Positions 1-11,800 are shown, counted from the first letter of the stretch. The stretch is 24,090 bases of DNA from Octopus sinensis (GCF_006345805.1 NW_021836464.1:1-24090), one strand, 5' to 3'. Program-made: numbers and translations. The notes: generated by a model not told the origin, from the sequence alone.

Positions 1-59
1 CTCTTGATATTAGCCATCCCCTTCTGAGTTCACAAAATCCCAAGCGGATGCTATTGTTA

Positions 60-800
60 AGAGACTACTGCTATAAACGGATTCAATTGTAGTCGAGTTG
101 AACAACTGGAAAATCGAGCAATCTGCACTAAACTGGACAAATGTGATGACGTATCATCAGGAGCTCCTTTTAACCTGAATATGTTGGTGGGGGTTGTAGC
201 TTACCACTAGGAGAAACGATTAAATGACGGCTACTTTTGTCATCGATAGGCATATTTTCTTGAAAGCCCGGGGAAATGTAGGAAATATGTAGTTTAACTA
301 CCTTGTACCATTAGGTATTAGGTCTCTTCTTTATTTTCATGGACATATGAGGGTTTTTTTCGGCTAGAAGGTTCATTTACTGGTAAGCACCACTTCTTGG
401 CCTTTAGGCCAGCCGTGACTGATGATACATAAACTTGCACTGGGCTTGTAACATATCAGTTGATTTCTAGAGGATAATTGTGCCAGGTCATCATTTTGTC
501 ATTACTTGAATTTCTTTACATGAATTATGATTAAGGGTCAACTATAAACTGAAGACCGATGTTTGGGATAACAAAGCTCTCTAGAAGAAGGGCTATGTGA
601 CCAGTAGAAAGTCTCTTATATAGAAGTTTAGTGGAGTGGTGAGTGATAATGTCTGAGATAGACTGCAAGTCCCTATAGATGCAGTGAAAAGAACTTTTAC
701 GATAACATCTACCTCAAGGTTTATGGGTATTTCCCCAAATTTGTTGACCTGTTGCACAACAGTATAACCAAATGCGAGTCAAAGAGAGAGTAATAATTGC
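60..800 (-). pseudogene. Possible highly decayed LTR-retrotransposon (Gypsy-like) integrase remnant
   Basis: Manual translation of one minus frame from 779 to ~440 gives CCATGQQIWGNTHKP*GRCYRKSSFHCIYRDL..IITHHSTK..HIALLLESFVIPNIGLQFIVDP*S*F..TWHNYPLEIN*YV. Order and spacing resemble integrase CxxC, PFxxIxxD, IIDxFTK, VIxxFGxPxxIxSDxGSQF and YHPxxNG. Many stops; boundaries are approximate. Confidence 0.4.
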
Positions 801-1137
801 TCTAGTCAACTTCTTCGAGAACCACTTCAGGCGAGAGATAAAGTTACAGAAAGGTGTGTTATCCTACATCTAGGGTTATAAAAAAAAATGGGCGAGCATA
901 GTGAATATCGTCTGAGAATATCAATCATTTAGTTCCTGCAGGAAGTTGGTGGTGAAAGTTGGCGTATACGTCTTGCAAGGACCATGTTTTAGGATAACCT
1001 GATCCCCACTAAGATGCTCTACTCAGCATTCGGGGTCATTATATATGAATTATTTGTAAAAAGGTCAACTTATCGTTTTACATACGTGCACGCAAAAACA
1101 CGCTCACATACATACACACGCATATGCACTATACATA

Positions 1138-1773
1138 CAGAGGGAGGTGCAAAAGTAGGTATACAGTTGTGTAAAAAGGAAACACATACAATACCCAATT
1201 TTATCAAAAAATAAAATTTAAAAGTTACGATAAGAGTATTTTTATAATTATGATAAATGTATTATTATAATTAATGACACTAAAAATATCAAAAATGTGG
1301 CTAACTAATTTAATGTGCTAATAAGTTTAATGAATTAAATATTTACGGCACTCCGTCGGTTACGACGACGAGGGTTCCAGTTGATCCGATCAAAGGAACA
1401 GCCTGCACGTGAAATTAACGTGCAAGAGGATGAGCACACCACATACACGTGAAACCATAACGTATTTCTCAGGGAGATTCAGCGTGACATAGAGTGTGAC
1501 AAGGCTGGTCCCTTGAAATACAGGTAAAACAGAAACAGAAAGAAAGAAGGAAAGAGTACTGCAACGTTCTCCACCGTCTCTTGTCGGAGCTTCGTGGAGC
1601 TTTAGGTGTTTTCGCTCAATAAACACTCGCAACGCCCGGTCTGGGAATCGAAACTGCGATTTTATGACCGTGTGTCCATTTCCCTAACCAACGGACCAAG
1701 GCGCCTCCACTAAGGAATTAACTATTATAACATTGATGTGATACTTACTGTATACCTACTTTTGCATCCCCTA
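1138..1773. mobile_element. Non-autonomous Tc1/mariner-type DNA transposon (MITE) with a nested SINE
   Basis: Perfect 20-bp inverted repeat: tgcaaaagtaggtatacagt (1148-1167) and actgtatacctacttttgca (1747-1766). It extends imperfectly outward to TA dinucleotides (1136-1137, 1774-1775). The AT-rich non-coding interior gives ~270 bp once the SINE is removed. Confidence 0.8.
1344..1710 (-). mobile_element. tRNA-derived SINE (head A + tail X)
   Basis: Minus strand starts gtggaggcgccttggtccgttggttaggg (A-box-like) followed by gtttcgattcc (B-box-like). Flanked by a 16-bp TSD with 2 mismatches: taatgaattaaatatt (1328-1343) and taaggaattaactatt (1711-1726). Confidence 0.85.
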
Positions 1774-1784
1774 TATATAAACAG

Positions 1785-2700
1785 AAACAAGGCTCCTCCA
1801 AAATACTTTTTACTATGGACATTCAGAGTCTCTATACCGTCATCCCTCACCACGAAGGACTGCGGGCACTTCAACACTTTCTCGACCTCCGCTCCAACCC
1901 CGAACCCGACACCTCCACACTCATTCTTCTGGCTGAACTTGTCCTTTCTCTTAACTGCTTCTCGTTCGCGGGCGAGTTCTACCAAAAGTACTTGGGAGTG
2001 GCCATGGGAACGCGAATGGGCCCCAACTATGCGAACCTGTTCGTTGGCTATGTTGAGGCCCAAATATTCTCTAATTTCACGGGTCCCACTCCCGAACTAT
2101 ACGGTCGTTACATTGACGACATTATCGGTGCCACCTCACTCTCCCGTGAACATCTAGATTCCTTCCTCTCTTTCCTTCAATCCTTCCATCCTGCCCTCCA
2201 CTTCACCCACTATCTCCAACCTAATCCTCTGTCTCCTTCCTCGACATTTCGGTCAGCATTCATCACTCCACTCTTACCACCTCCATTCACTACAAACACA
2301 CAGACTCACACTCATACCTAAACTTCTCTTCCTCCCACCCAAAACACACCAAGCTTTCCATCCCCTAATCCCAATTCCTCCGTCTACGTAGGCTCTGTAG
2401 TGACGACCATGACTTTGAGACTCAGTCTCAACGCATGGCTCGCCACTTCATCCTACGTGGATACCCCTCACCACTATCCACACCGCCCTTGCCAGAGCAC
2501 GTTCCGTAGACCGTGCATCTGCTCTCTCCCCCCGAACCCGCCTTGTAGTCTCCCGCCTCCCTTTTCCCCTCACTTACCACCCCACGACCCTACCTCTCCA
2601 ACGCACCATTCTTCGAGCTTTCCGGCATCTGCAGTCCGACCCGTCCACTTCACACCTCTTCCCTAACCGACCCCTTCCCTCCTTCAAACGAGCCCATAAC
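1785..2700 (+). pseudogene. Penelope-like element reverse transcriptase, 5'-truncated and frameshifted
   Basis: ORF 1815-2321 has MDIQSLYTVIPH, GVAMGTRMGPNYANLF and RYIDD. After a frameshift near 2210-2230 it continues SFLDISV..HYKHTDSHSYLNFSSSHPKHTKLSIP*SQFLRLRRLCS..RGYP, the typical PLE RT thumb. In-frame stop at ~2366. Confidence 0.92.
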
Positions 2701-2712
2701 CTACGAGACCTT

Positions 2713-3150
2713 TTGGTCCACAGCTCCTTCCCTGACCCTACCTCCCAACCTGGCTCGTTCCCCTGCTCCCGCCCACGTTGCCACACTTGCCTTTACCTCT
2801 CCAACACCACCCTCCTCACTGGCACCCATCATCGACCCTATCGCATCATCAATTCCTTCACCTGCACCTCCAGTAATATCATCTATTGCATCTCTTGTTC
2901 TCTCTGCAATTCCCTGTACACCGGACAAACGGGACGCCGCTTGGCTGACCGGTTCGCGGAACACCTCCGTGACATCCGCCTTGCCAATGACACACCGGTC
3001 TCACGCCATTTTCGCTCCACCGGTCACTCCTTGCAACACCTGTCTGTGTTCGGTTTGTCCTTGCACAGAGGCCCTCCGGATTCCCGTTTGCGCCGTGAAC
3101 AAGGATTAATCTTCTCTCTTCGCTCTTTTACGACATTTAGTCTCAACTCT
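2713..3150 (+). pseudogene. Penelope-like element Cys-rich linker and GIY-YIG endonuclease (Neptune-type architecture)
   Basis: CSRPRCHTC linker, then FTCTSSNIIYCISCSLCNSLYTGQTGRRLADRFAEH..VSRHF...H..RLRREQGLIFSL. A Cys-rich linker between RT and endonuclease is characteristic of the Neptune clade. Confidence 0.9.
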
Positions 3151-3390
3151 CCCCCCTCCTCATCTAACCTCCCCCTCGACTCCTGCTTCTCTTCGGTCCT
3201 TCATCTTTTCACCCCTACTCTCTTTCCCCACCTCTTCCCTTCTTCCCTCCTCTTCTTTCCTCTTTCCTCTTCCCTCTTCCCCTTCTCATTTTCTCTCTGC
3301 TCCCTCACTCCCCTTCTCTCTCCCCCCTCTCTTCCTCCTCCTCCTCTCTCCTCCTTTCCCCTCCCCCTCCTCTTCTCCTCTCCTTCCTTC
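3145..3390 (+). repeat. Polypyrimidine (C/T) low-complexity tract at the PLE 3' end
   Basis: Almost exclusively C and T. It explains the S/L/F/P-rich tail of ORF 2713-3405. Confidence 0.9.
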
Positions 3391-4246
3391 TATCGGAGCC
3401 AATGAAGGCACACTTAGACACGGGTCATTTTCAGTAGTTCTGGCTCCACTGCAGAATGCGACACATTGTATGTTGGCACTAATCCATTACGAAAACCAAA
3501 CAAGAATCTAAAAACGATCCCTATTCACTGCATCACACATGCATCACTGTAATCAGCAATTTGAGCTGGTCACTGTCTGGCCGGAGTTGGTGCCCTTCGA
3601 CTTCCTGCTGTTCAATCCATGAAATACAGTTTTCGGAGACTGGACGAGAAGACTATCCCTATGTTACAACAGTATTCATATTTTCAAAGAGGAGTCGAGA
3701 GTTGGGTTTAACGATGGCGCAAATGCATCGCTTGTGACTATGCTGAGCAAAACCTTTAATTCGAACAATCTATGTTAGTTAATGTATACAAAATTATGTC
3801 CAGCTTTGGTAAACTCTTCGTTTATGTCTGTGTGAATATGTATGCGTGTTTGTATGAGCGTATGGGAATATGTGCGGGTATGTGCACATATGTGGTGTGG
3901 GTGCACGTGTTTATTCATAATACATATGTAGACACAAGCCTTGACTGAGAAAGGTGAGACGTTCTATATTAAAATGGTTAATTAAAGGTATATATTTACT
4001 TTTTTTGTGGAAAACATGAAAAAATAAAGAAACGCAAAAAAGAAACGAATTATTTACAAAGGAAGTTTCTTTTCTTCGTATGTAACACTTGTTATTACAT
4101 TATTCTGTGCTAGATTCGCCGATACATATTCCAATATTTGAACGATACAGTAAAGAATATTATTAGAATATTCTCAACCACTTTGATGTATACGATCAAT
4201 AATGCCCCAAAATATACATACACATACATCCATACAAACATATGTA

Positions 4247-4378
<132 letters not shown>

Positions 4379-4590
4379 TTTTAAATTGAAGAAAATGCAT
4401 GCAACTTTTTCTTGTAGAATTACTCTCCCCACCGCAACTTCAAGTTTTAAATCAATAAAACTAATATCGATGGAATTTCCAAATTACTCTGGTTCCATTG
4501 GAAGCAAAGCGAAGATAGGTAATTCCATAAAGTTTCTAATATTGATTTGTAACTCTCGCACAAGACAAGACATTCACGAAGAGGGATACA

Positions 4591-4630
4591 ATCGATTAAA
4601 TCAACCCCAGTACGCAATTGGTTGTTATTT
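4591..4630 (-). mobile_element. Short SINE fragment related to the 8203 family
   Basis: tcgattaaatcaaccccagtacgcaattgg is close to the reverse complement of ccggttgtgtactggggttgatctaatcga (8343-8372). Confidence 0.55.
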
Positions 4631-4830
4631 GCAACAGTGAGGAAATCTCTACGCTCGACCTGTTAAAATGGCAGCTGAATTTTTCTTAAATTACATTCAA
4701 CACTTTTAAAGAGGATATCTTAGTCTGCAATGTTTCATATACTTTTATAGACAAGGTGCTTGAATATAAAAGTAGTTGGGATGGTCGTGGCAGGGAGGCT
4801 TTTGTTCGTGTATGTGTAGAGAGAGCGTGA

Positions 4831-4840
4831 GAGAAGAGAA

Positions 4841-4887
<47 letters not shown>

Positions 4888-5648
4888 AGAAGAAGAAGAA
4901 GAAGGAAAAGAACAAGAAGTAGAAGAAGAAGACGAAGGAAAAGAAAAAGAAGAAGAAGGAAAAGAAGAAGAAGAAGAAGAAGAAGGAAAAGAAAGAGAGA
5001 AGTAGAAGAAGAAGAAGAAGGAAAAGAAGAGAGGAAAAGAAGAAGAGGAAAAGAACAAGAAGTAGAAGAAGAAGACGAAGGAAAGAAAAAGAGAAGAAGG
5101 AAAAGAAGAAGAAGAAGAAGAAGAAGGAAAAGAAGTAGGAGAAGTAGAAGAAAGAGAAGAAGGAAAAGAAGAAGAAGAAGAAGAGAAGGAAAAGAAGTAG
5201 GAGAAGTAAAGAAGAAGAGAAGGAAAAGAAGAGGAAGGAAAAGAAAAAAGGAAAAGAAGTAGAATAAGATATAAGTAATAATAATATAAGAGAAGAAGAA
5301 GAAAAGAAGAAGAAGGAAAAGAATAGGAGTAGTAGAAGAAGAAAAAAGGAAAGAAGAAGGAAAAGAAGAAAGAAGAAGGAAAAGAAGAAGAAGAAGAAGA
5401 AGAAGGAAAAGAAGAAGGAAAAAAGAAAAGAAGAAGAAGAAGAAGAAGAAGAAAAGAAGAAGAAGAAGTAGAAGAAGGAAAAGTAGAAGGAAAAGAAGAA
5501 GAAGAAGAAGAAGAAGAAGGAGGAAAAGAAGAAGAAGAAGAAGAAGTAGAAGGAGGAAAAGTAGAAGGAAAAAAAGAAGTAGAAGAAGAAGAAGGAGGAA
5601 AAGAAGAAGAAGAAGAAGAAGAAGTAGAAGAAGGAAAAGTAGAAGGAA

Positions 5649-5680
<32 letters not shown>

Positions 5681-5849
5681 GAAGAAGGAAAAGTAGAAGG
5701 AAAAAAAGAAGTAGAAGAAGAGGAAGGAGGAAAAGAAGAAGAAGAAGAAGTAGAAGAAGGAAAAGTAGAAGGAAAAGAAGAAGAAGAAGAAGAAGAAGAA
5801 GAAGAAGAAGAAGAAGAGAAGAAGAAGAAAAGAAGAAGAAGAAGAAGAA
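4831..5849 (+). repeat. ~1 kb imperfect (GAA)n polypurine tract
   Basis: GAA units with recurrent ggaaaa and gtagaa variants and one AT-rich break at ~5260-5290. Confidence 0.98.
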
Positions 5850-5874
5850 ACTATGGGACTGGGCTGGAATTTTT

Positions 5875-5975
5875 TTTATCAGACTCAGAAGGATGTAAAT
5901 CAAAGATAGCCCTTTCGCGATTAGAACGCAAAGCAGAGGGAGCCACCAAAAATCCCGCAAGTCACTTCCTCTGAC
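5875..5975 (-). mobile_element. Degraded SINE copy (8203 family)
   Basis: tttatcagactcagaaggatgtaaatcaaag resembles the reverse complement of ctttgccattcatcctttcgaggtcgataaa (8305-8335). Confidence 0.45.
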
Positions 5976-6011
5976 GCTTTTTCTCTATCTTTCTAGGTGT
6001 GTGGCAATATA

Positions 6012-6362
6012 TTCATACATATATACATATACATACACACATACAGAGACATATACAGACAGACACACATACACATACACATACATACGTACATACGTAC
6101 ATACATAGATATATATACATACATGTCTTCTTGTCGTCTTCCTTGCCAGTGTCTCTTGTTTAAACGTCATCTGCTCAATAGACGACTGACAAATAGTCTT
6201 GTTTCCAGCTTGAAAAATGGTGGAATAAATTATTATTTCCACCAGGAAAACTTGAGTAGCTGTATTTAACAAGATTTATGTTTTTTTAATGTTTTATAAC
6301 GTGTTATACGTATACATACATACATACATACATACATACACACGCACGCACGCACGCACACA

Positions 6363-6399
<37 letters not shown>
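6012..6399. repeat. CATA/CA/CGCA compound microsatellites (6012-6125 and 6309-6399)
   Basis: Directly visible. Confidence 0.92.
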
Positions 6400-6400
<1 letters not shown>

Positions 6401-7439
6401 CAATCATTAGGTACTTAAGTTGAAGCACCACCAAGTCAGTATTATAGCAAGCGGTATTATCCGTACAACTCAAAGTAAGGTGAATAAAATCAAAATAAGC
6501 AACAGAATATCAAGAGATGATACAGCACGACTGTTTCAAGCGGCTCCATTTAATTGAACAATGCAATCATTACATCAATTTAAATGCACACACACACACA
6601 TTGGTATGTATATCTCATACTTAATATAAGTATATCGTTGAAAAGCAAATTTTCTGTTGTATTCGTCCGGAGATAACATCTCTTATAGAAACGCTGTGTT
6701 TCAAAGCACAGTATACATTGGCGGCAGACAAAAATTGTCCTAGCGGCAGCTGTAAGATGGATGTGGAAAATATCGAGAAAAACATAAAACCGTTGCTTTT
6801 CGAACAACATCCCTTCTAAAATCTGTTGTGAACTACGTAATGCTGATAACTTGTTCTCATTGTCACTGTGAATCAGTGATTGGTTCATTGCAATACTGCA
6901 CCAACAACGGTAATAAACCTAGATCTAAGCTTTTGGCACGAAACACTGGCTAATAAACTGTCTTATTTTACAACCCACGTTGGATTTAACGTTTTTTTTT
7001 TTCTTTGAATGCCTTAAGTACGAAGATATATGTAACGGTAATATTTTGGAGTTCACCGGAATGGCCGAATGACTAGCAAGTTACTGGTCGTCTAGATCTT
7101 TATAACTTGCTTTCTGTCTATCCGAAGCTACACTGTGTACTGCAACAAGCTATGATGAATCGTATGAGAAATCAGGACATGTATTCCCTCCCCTGGCCGT
7201 CTATTTCTGCAGATGACTTTAGTGATTACCAACGAATGATCTTGATGTAATTTATTAAACTTCTGTCCTGAACAACTCTGACCCAGCACGGATAATAAGA
7301 AAAAACAAAATAAAATAAAGAAAAAGCAACAAAAAGCAAGCAAAGAAAATCATATTTATTTTTCTAATATATTGATTATGTAGATTGACTATAGAATCAA
7401 TGGAACCACGTGAATTATTTGTATCTAATTAAGCAAATC

Positions 7440-7535
7440 ATTTGGATGAAAGACAATGTCTACCCCGGTGGGATTGGAATTCTAAGTGTAGAAGGATGAA
7501 GTTAAATACTGCAACTCAGTACACTTTTCTGCCAA
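7440..7535 (-). mobile_element. Degraded SINE head (8203 family)
   Basis: Minus strand ttggcagaaa...gtattt...gaattccaatcccaccggggtagacattgtctttcatcc parallels ctggcagaaa...gtattt...gaattcaaattccgccgaggctgactttgccattcatcc. Confidence 0.5.
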
Positions 7536-8064
7536 TCAATATCCTAATTTATCTCATAAATTTATGGTTATTGCAACTAAGACTGCAATTTGGTTTGCTT
7601 TGTATTTGCATAGTGACAATAAATTGAATTGATTTGAATTGCCTTAGAGAAGATTCTGCGACTTAGTTTCAATATATAGCTGTAGATATTTCTCTCTACT
7701 TACATTGTTAGTAAAGGAAAAAAAAAAACTCATTTCAAACTTCTATTTGTTCTTGCTTTAGGCTCTATAGAAATATTTATATATTGTTTGAAATAATGTT
7801 CTATTAACAATATCATACAGTATCTAAAACCTATCTACTTCTCAAATCAACATTCATCATGTTAATTATATTTTTTATATTTTGTTATTCTTGAAAGGAT
7901 TCAGTCACTGGAATGCGTCCATGATGGAGCTTCAGCGTCAATAGGTTTTAGTCAATTACATTAGTTCCACGACATATTTTTGCCTGAAAATTATTTTTAT
8001 CGATCCTCAAATATTGAACCGCAAGAAACAAGCCTGAAGATCTATACGGATGCACATCCATATG

Positions 8065-8152
8065 CATACATACATACATACATACATACATACATACATA
8101 CATACATACATACATACACACATACATACATATATACATACACACACACACA

Positions 8153-8182
<30 letters not shown>
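8065..8182 (+). repeat. (CATA)n microsatellite
   Basis: Directly visible. Confidence 0.97.
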
Positions 8183-8187
<5 letters not shown>

Positions 8188-8202
8188 TATATATTATATC
8201 AT

Positions 8203-8420
8203 TAGGCGGCGTGCTGGCAGAAATGTTAGCACGCAGAAATGTTAGTAAAGAAGTAGGTATTTCGCCTGTCTTTACGTTCTGAATTCAAATTCCGCCGAGG
8301 CTGACTTTGCCATTCATCCTTTCGAGGTCGATAAATTAAGTACCGGTTGTGTACTGGGGTTGATCTAATCGACTGGTCCTCTCCCCCAAAAATTCGGGCC
8401 TTGTGCTTAGAGTAGAAAAG
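8203..8420 (+). mobile_element. tRNA-derived SINE, copy 1 of a tandem pair
   Basis: Head aggcggcgtgctggcagaaatgttagc, B-box-like gaattcaaattcc, central gccattcatcctttcgaggtcgataaattaagtacc, end ccttgtgcttagagtagaaaag. Confidence 0.85.
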
Positions 8421-8440
8421 TATATTATATATTATATCAT

Positions 8441-8617
8441 TAGGCGGCGAGCTGGCAGAGACGTTAGTATGGCAGGCGAAATGCTTAATGGTATTTCGTC
8501 TGTTTCTACGTTCTGAATTCAGCCTTTCATCCTTTCGGGGTCGATAAATTAAGTACCTGTTGCTTAATCGATTGGCCCCCTCCCCAGAAATTTCGCGCTT
8601 TGTGCCTAGAGTAGAAA
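8441..8617 (+). mobile_element. tRNA-derived SINE, copy 2 of a tandem pair (internal deletions)
   Basis: Same head, central block and end as 8203-8420, but diverged and lacking two internal segments including part of the B box. Confidence 0.85.
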
Positions 8618-8864
8618 ATATTATATATTATATCATATATACATATATATAATAAAATAAGGATTCAGAAAGAATAAAATACTTGAAAAGATATGCACCA
8701 CGTAGGGTTGGATATATATATGAAATATATACATACATATCCTCTTTTCTCTTTTTAAATAATTGAAATCTTCCTCAAGGGAAGGAACTTGTTTCTAATA
8801 CAGATACAAAGCTCTGTCTTCGTAATATATACAAAACTAGCAGATATACCCGGCGTTTCCCGGT

Positions 8865-11800
8865 TACATTCAATTGAAGAATTAGACTTTTCTGTTATAT
8901 CTTCTGTAATGAACTGGTATGCTGAGCGTTTCACGTCCAGATCATTTCCGAAGTATTCTAGTCCGGCTGTTTTGAGGTTGCATGGGAGGTCATCAGGAAG
9001 AAAGTACTTCTGGAAGTTTGCTGCTGGACGTAGGATGTTCTTAGCTTTTCTGCACGAAGTTTACCCATTTATTTTTGCTGTTGCTCTTTAGAGTGTGCTA
9101 TCTGACAGAGACTGTACGACATTTTAAGGCTGTCTGCAGTGATATCAATCCTCTACCTCTTTTATCTCTTCTGAGGTAAAGCCTGCCGATATTCCAGATT
9201 CAGTGGAAGTTGCTTGTTGATGTCAGGATCTTCCAGATTTTAAAGTGAACGGGGTGGATTTCTTCTACAAACCAGTCAAGTATCCCAAACGTCGAAATCA
9301 GCACTGGTTCTGCAAGTGCATTGTGGGATATTGGCTTGTAAGTGAGTTCCGACTGCTATATTATCCTATGTCTGATATAATATTCTAGGGTCACACCATT
9401 ATTCATAACACCTTCGTATGTAAGTCTTCCCTAATGCCTAGGTATTTGAAGCATTTTTTTCAATGGAACATGAATGATAATGAGACAATTGAGGCACAGG
9501 TTTTGCGTCTGGGGAACTGAGTTTTTACGTTCAATAATCAAATACAAACATTTCTTATGGTCAAGTTCCATTCTGATGTTAGCCGTTAAAGTTGTTATTC
9601 TTTTTAGCTGTTTTTTTTGGCATTGCGACATATTTGGCATTAACCTTTAGATCATTCACAAAGAAATTATAGGTTACATTAATATTTCTAGAAGTCATAG
9701 ATCCTAGCATATAGGCATTTGATTTTTGAAGCAGAAATGATAATGGATTTATGGCTAAAATGGACAGAGTTATAGAAAGACTATCTCCTTGGAATATTCT
9801 CTTTAAAGTATTTATAATACTAGAGACGATCGTTCTGCTTTTAGTTGTAGGTTTGAGAATTGCTTCCCGGGTCTTTGTGAACATATCAATGGCAGCAACA
9901 AAGTACTTTTGCCAAATGTAGGCACTTCAACATCTGTGAGTTGGCAACAGAGACGAATAATTTCTTAAAATGAAGTCATACAGTCGCAAGTCGTATACCA
10001 TGTTTTCAGACCGCTTTGTTTATCAAAAGTTGTTCGGCTCATTGCTACATGCCCTTCTGTCCACCTGCCTGCTCATTAGTCACTCTGTTATTGCATTCAC
10101 AACGTTCCTGGAGGAACTGGTTGAGGCAGCTTGTGAAAGGATTGTACATAATGTTTAGGTAAGCAATAAGCCTATAGTTTTCTGTCAACTCGATGATTTC
10201 ATACTTGACTACAAGATTTGCCCCTGCTATAGCAAGACAATTTGGTATGTCGATTTGAGCTTTCATAGTCTTTTTGAATATACATATTAATGTGTTTTTT
10301 TTGTAAAATGTCAGCCTCTTGTACCAATATCCAACTATTGGGTCTCTTCTAGATGCCTTTCCATTACGCAGTTCATCTACAGCTATAGTGAAAGTTTCCG
10401 GATCAATTGTGTATATTTTACTGACAATGCTAGTACAGTATTCTCTGCTATCTGCTTTTAGCAACGATGCAATAAATTTGAAATCCGCTGGTCATTTCAG
10501 ATTTTAGACCAGACTGATTTATGATCTTCTTGAGAGAGGGCTTTCTTAACAGTAAAAGTTTCCTTACTCACCGCTCTTTATAAGGCCTGTAAGTTGGAAG
10601 CAAACTTGTAATTTATACTAGCAAGTTCATAAAATTCTCCTACGGTATTGGAGTTTTTCACTCAGTATTCTGAGGTCGTACTTTCAAGTAGTTCACTGTC
10701 TTTCAAGAATTTTGGTTATTTATGCATAAGATGTAATTGGTGAGGTGTGAATTCGTTATTCATTATTCCTCTCAAATTTTATTATCCAACATGGCAGCGC
10801 AAATTGCTGATATTTTCTTCAAGTTTTGTTTTTCATCCAGATTGCTTCCGTTTGGTAATTTCATTATCGTTTGTACTGCAGATTTCTTCGAGGTGCTCTT
10901 TAAGAGTAATGGCAGTGTGTATTTGAGATTATTAATGTTCCTGTAATTAACACCACATAATTCAACGAGCTCTCTAGCAATATCATCGATACCTTTCAGC
11001 AATAGAACAGTTAGCTGCTTCCTTAATCTCCCTGAGGATGGACTGTCGCTCAACGATAGTTACTTAAAAGTAGAAAAGTTATAAAAGAACTGTGCTTTCA
11101 AGAAGTTTCTAAGTTGAATATATTCCACAGTCATCTCTGTCGATTCGGCTACATTTGAAAATACAAGAGAAGTTAATGATGAGGGCAGCAATTTGTTTAA
11201 TTTCGATCTCTCTTATAACAGATTTTGGTCAGATCTCATTTTTTATGAAATCAATTAACATCACGAAAACAAGCGACTATTTTTCTCACAGGAAAAATGC
11301 TTGCCACCAAAGCTATTTCACCGTAAAGATATTTAAGTTGGAGTGAGCTTCGTTCCAGTAATTTTTTAGCCTCTTCTTATAGCCGATAGAAGGGTCGTCA
11401 CGGGCTTTTTCATAACACTGGGGTAGATTTTCGTTCGGATTTAAAGTCCAAGTATACTGAGAAGAGCACTTACGTTTTCTTAAATAGCTGTACAGATTTT
11501 ATCATAAATAAATGCACTCTTTTAAAGCCTAGCCAGGCTCATGGGCCCGGTTTCCCGGTTTCAATGGCATATGTGTTCCCCAGCTGAACGGGACGCCAGT
11601 CCATCGCAGCGTTATTCATTTTTGCCAGTTGAGTGGACTGGAGCAACGTGAAATGAAGAGCTTTGCTAAAGAACACAACGCGTCACCCGGTCCAGGAAGC
11701 GAAACCACAATCTTACGATCATGATGCTGACATCCTAACCACTAAGCCACACGCTTCTGCGTACAGTTTTTATGGATGGTGTAATTATTAGTTTCGACCA

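Noticed and set aside
1725-2964. Overlapping alternative-frame and antisense ORFs across the PLE
   Set aside because: They are by-products of the C-rich, stop-poor PLE sequence; only the RT and GIY-YIG frames carry motifs.
4686-5960. 424-aa Leu/Phe-rich ORF that looks like a membrane protein
   Set aside because: It is the antisense read-through of the GAA tract, which lacks stops in that frame.
6520-6580. Minus-strand GAAACAGTC resembling the 3' half of a hammerhead
   Set aside because: No CTGANGA box at a suitable distance.
7110-7255. Possible host exon with AG..GT boundaries in unique sequence
   Set aside because: Weak splice context and no recognisable peptide; it cannot be supported without RNA-seq.
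8183-8636. Three direct repeats with spacers, superficially CRISPR-like
   Set aside because: The spacers are homologous ~200-bp SINEs, the context is eukaryotic, and there are no cas genes.
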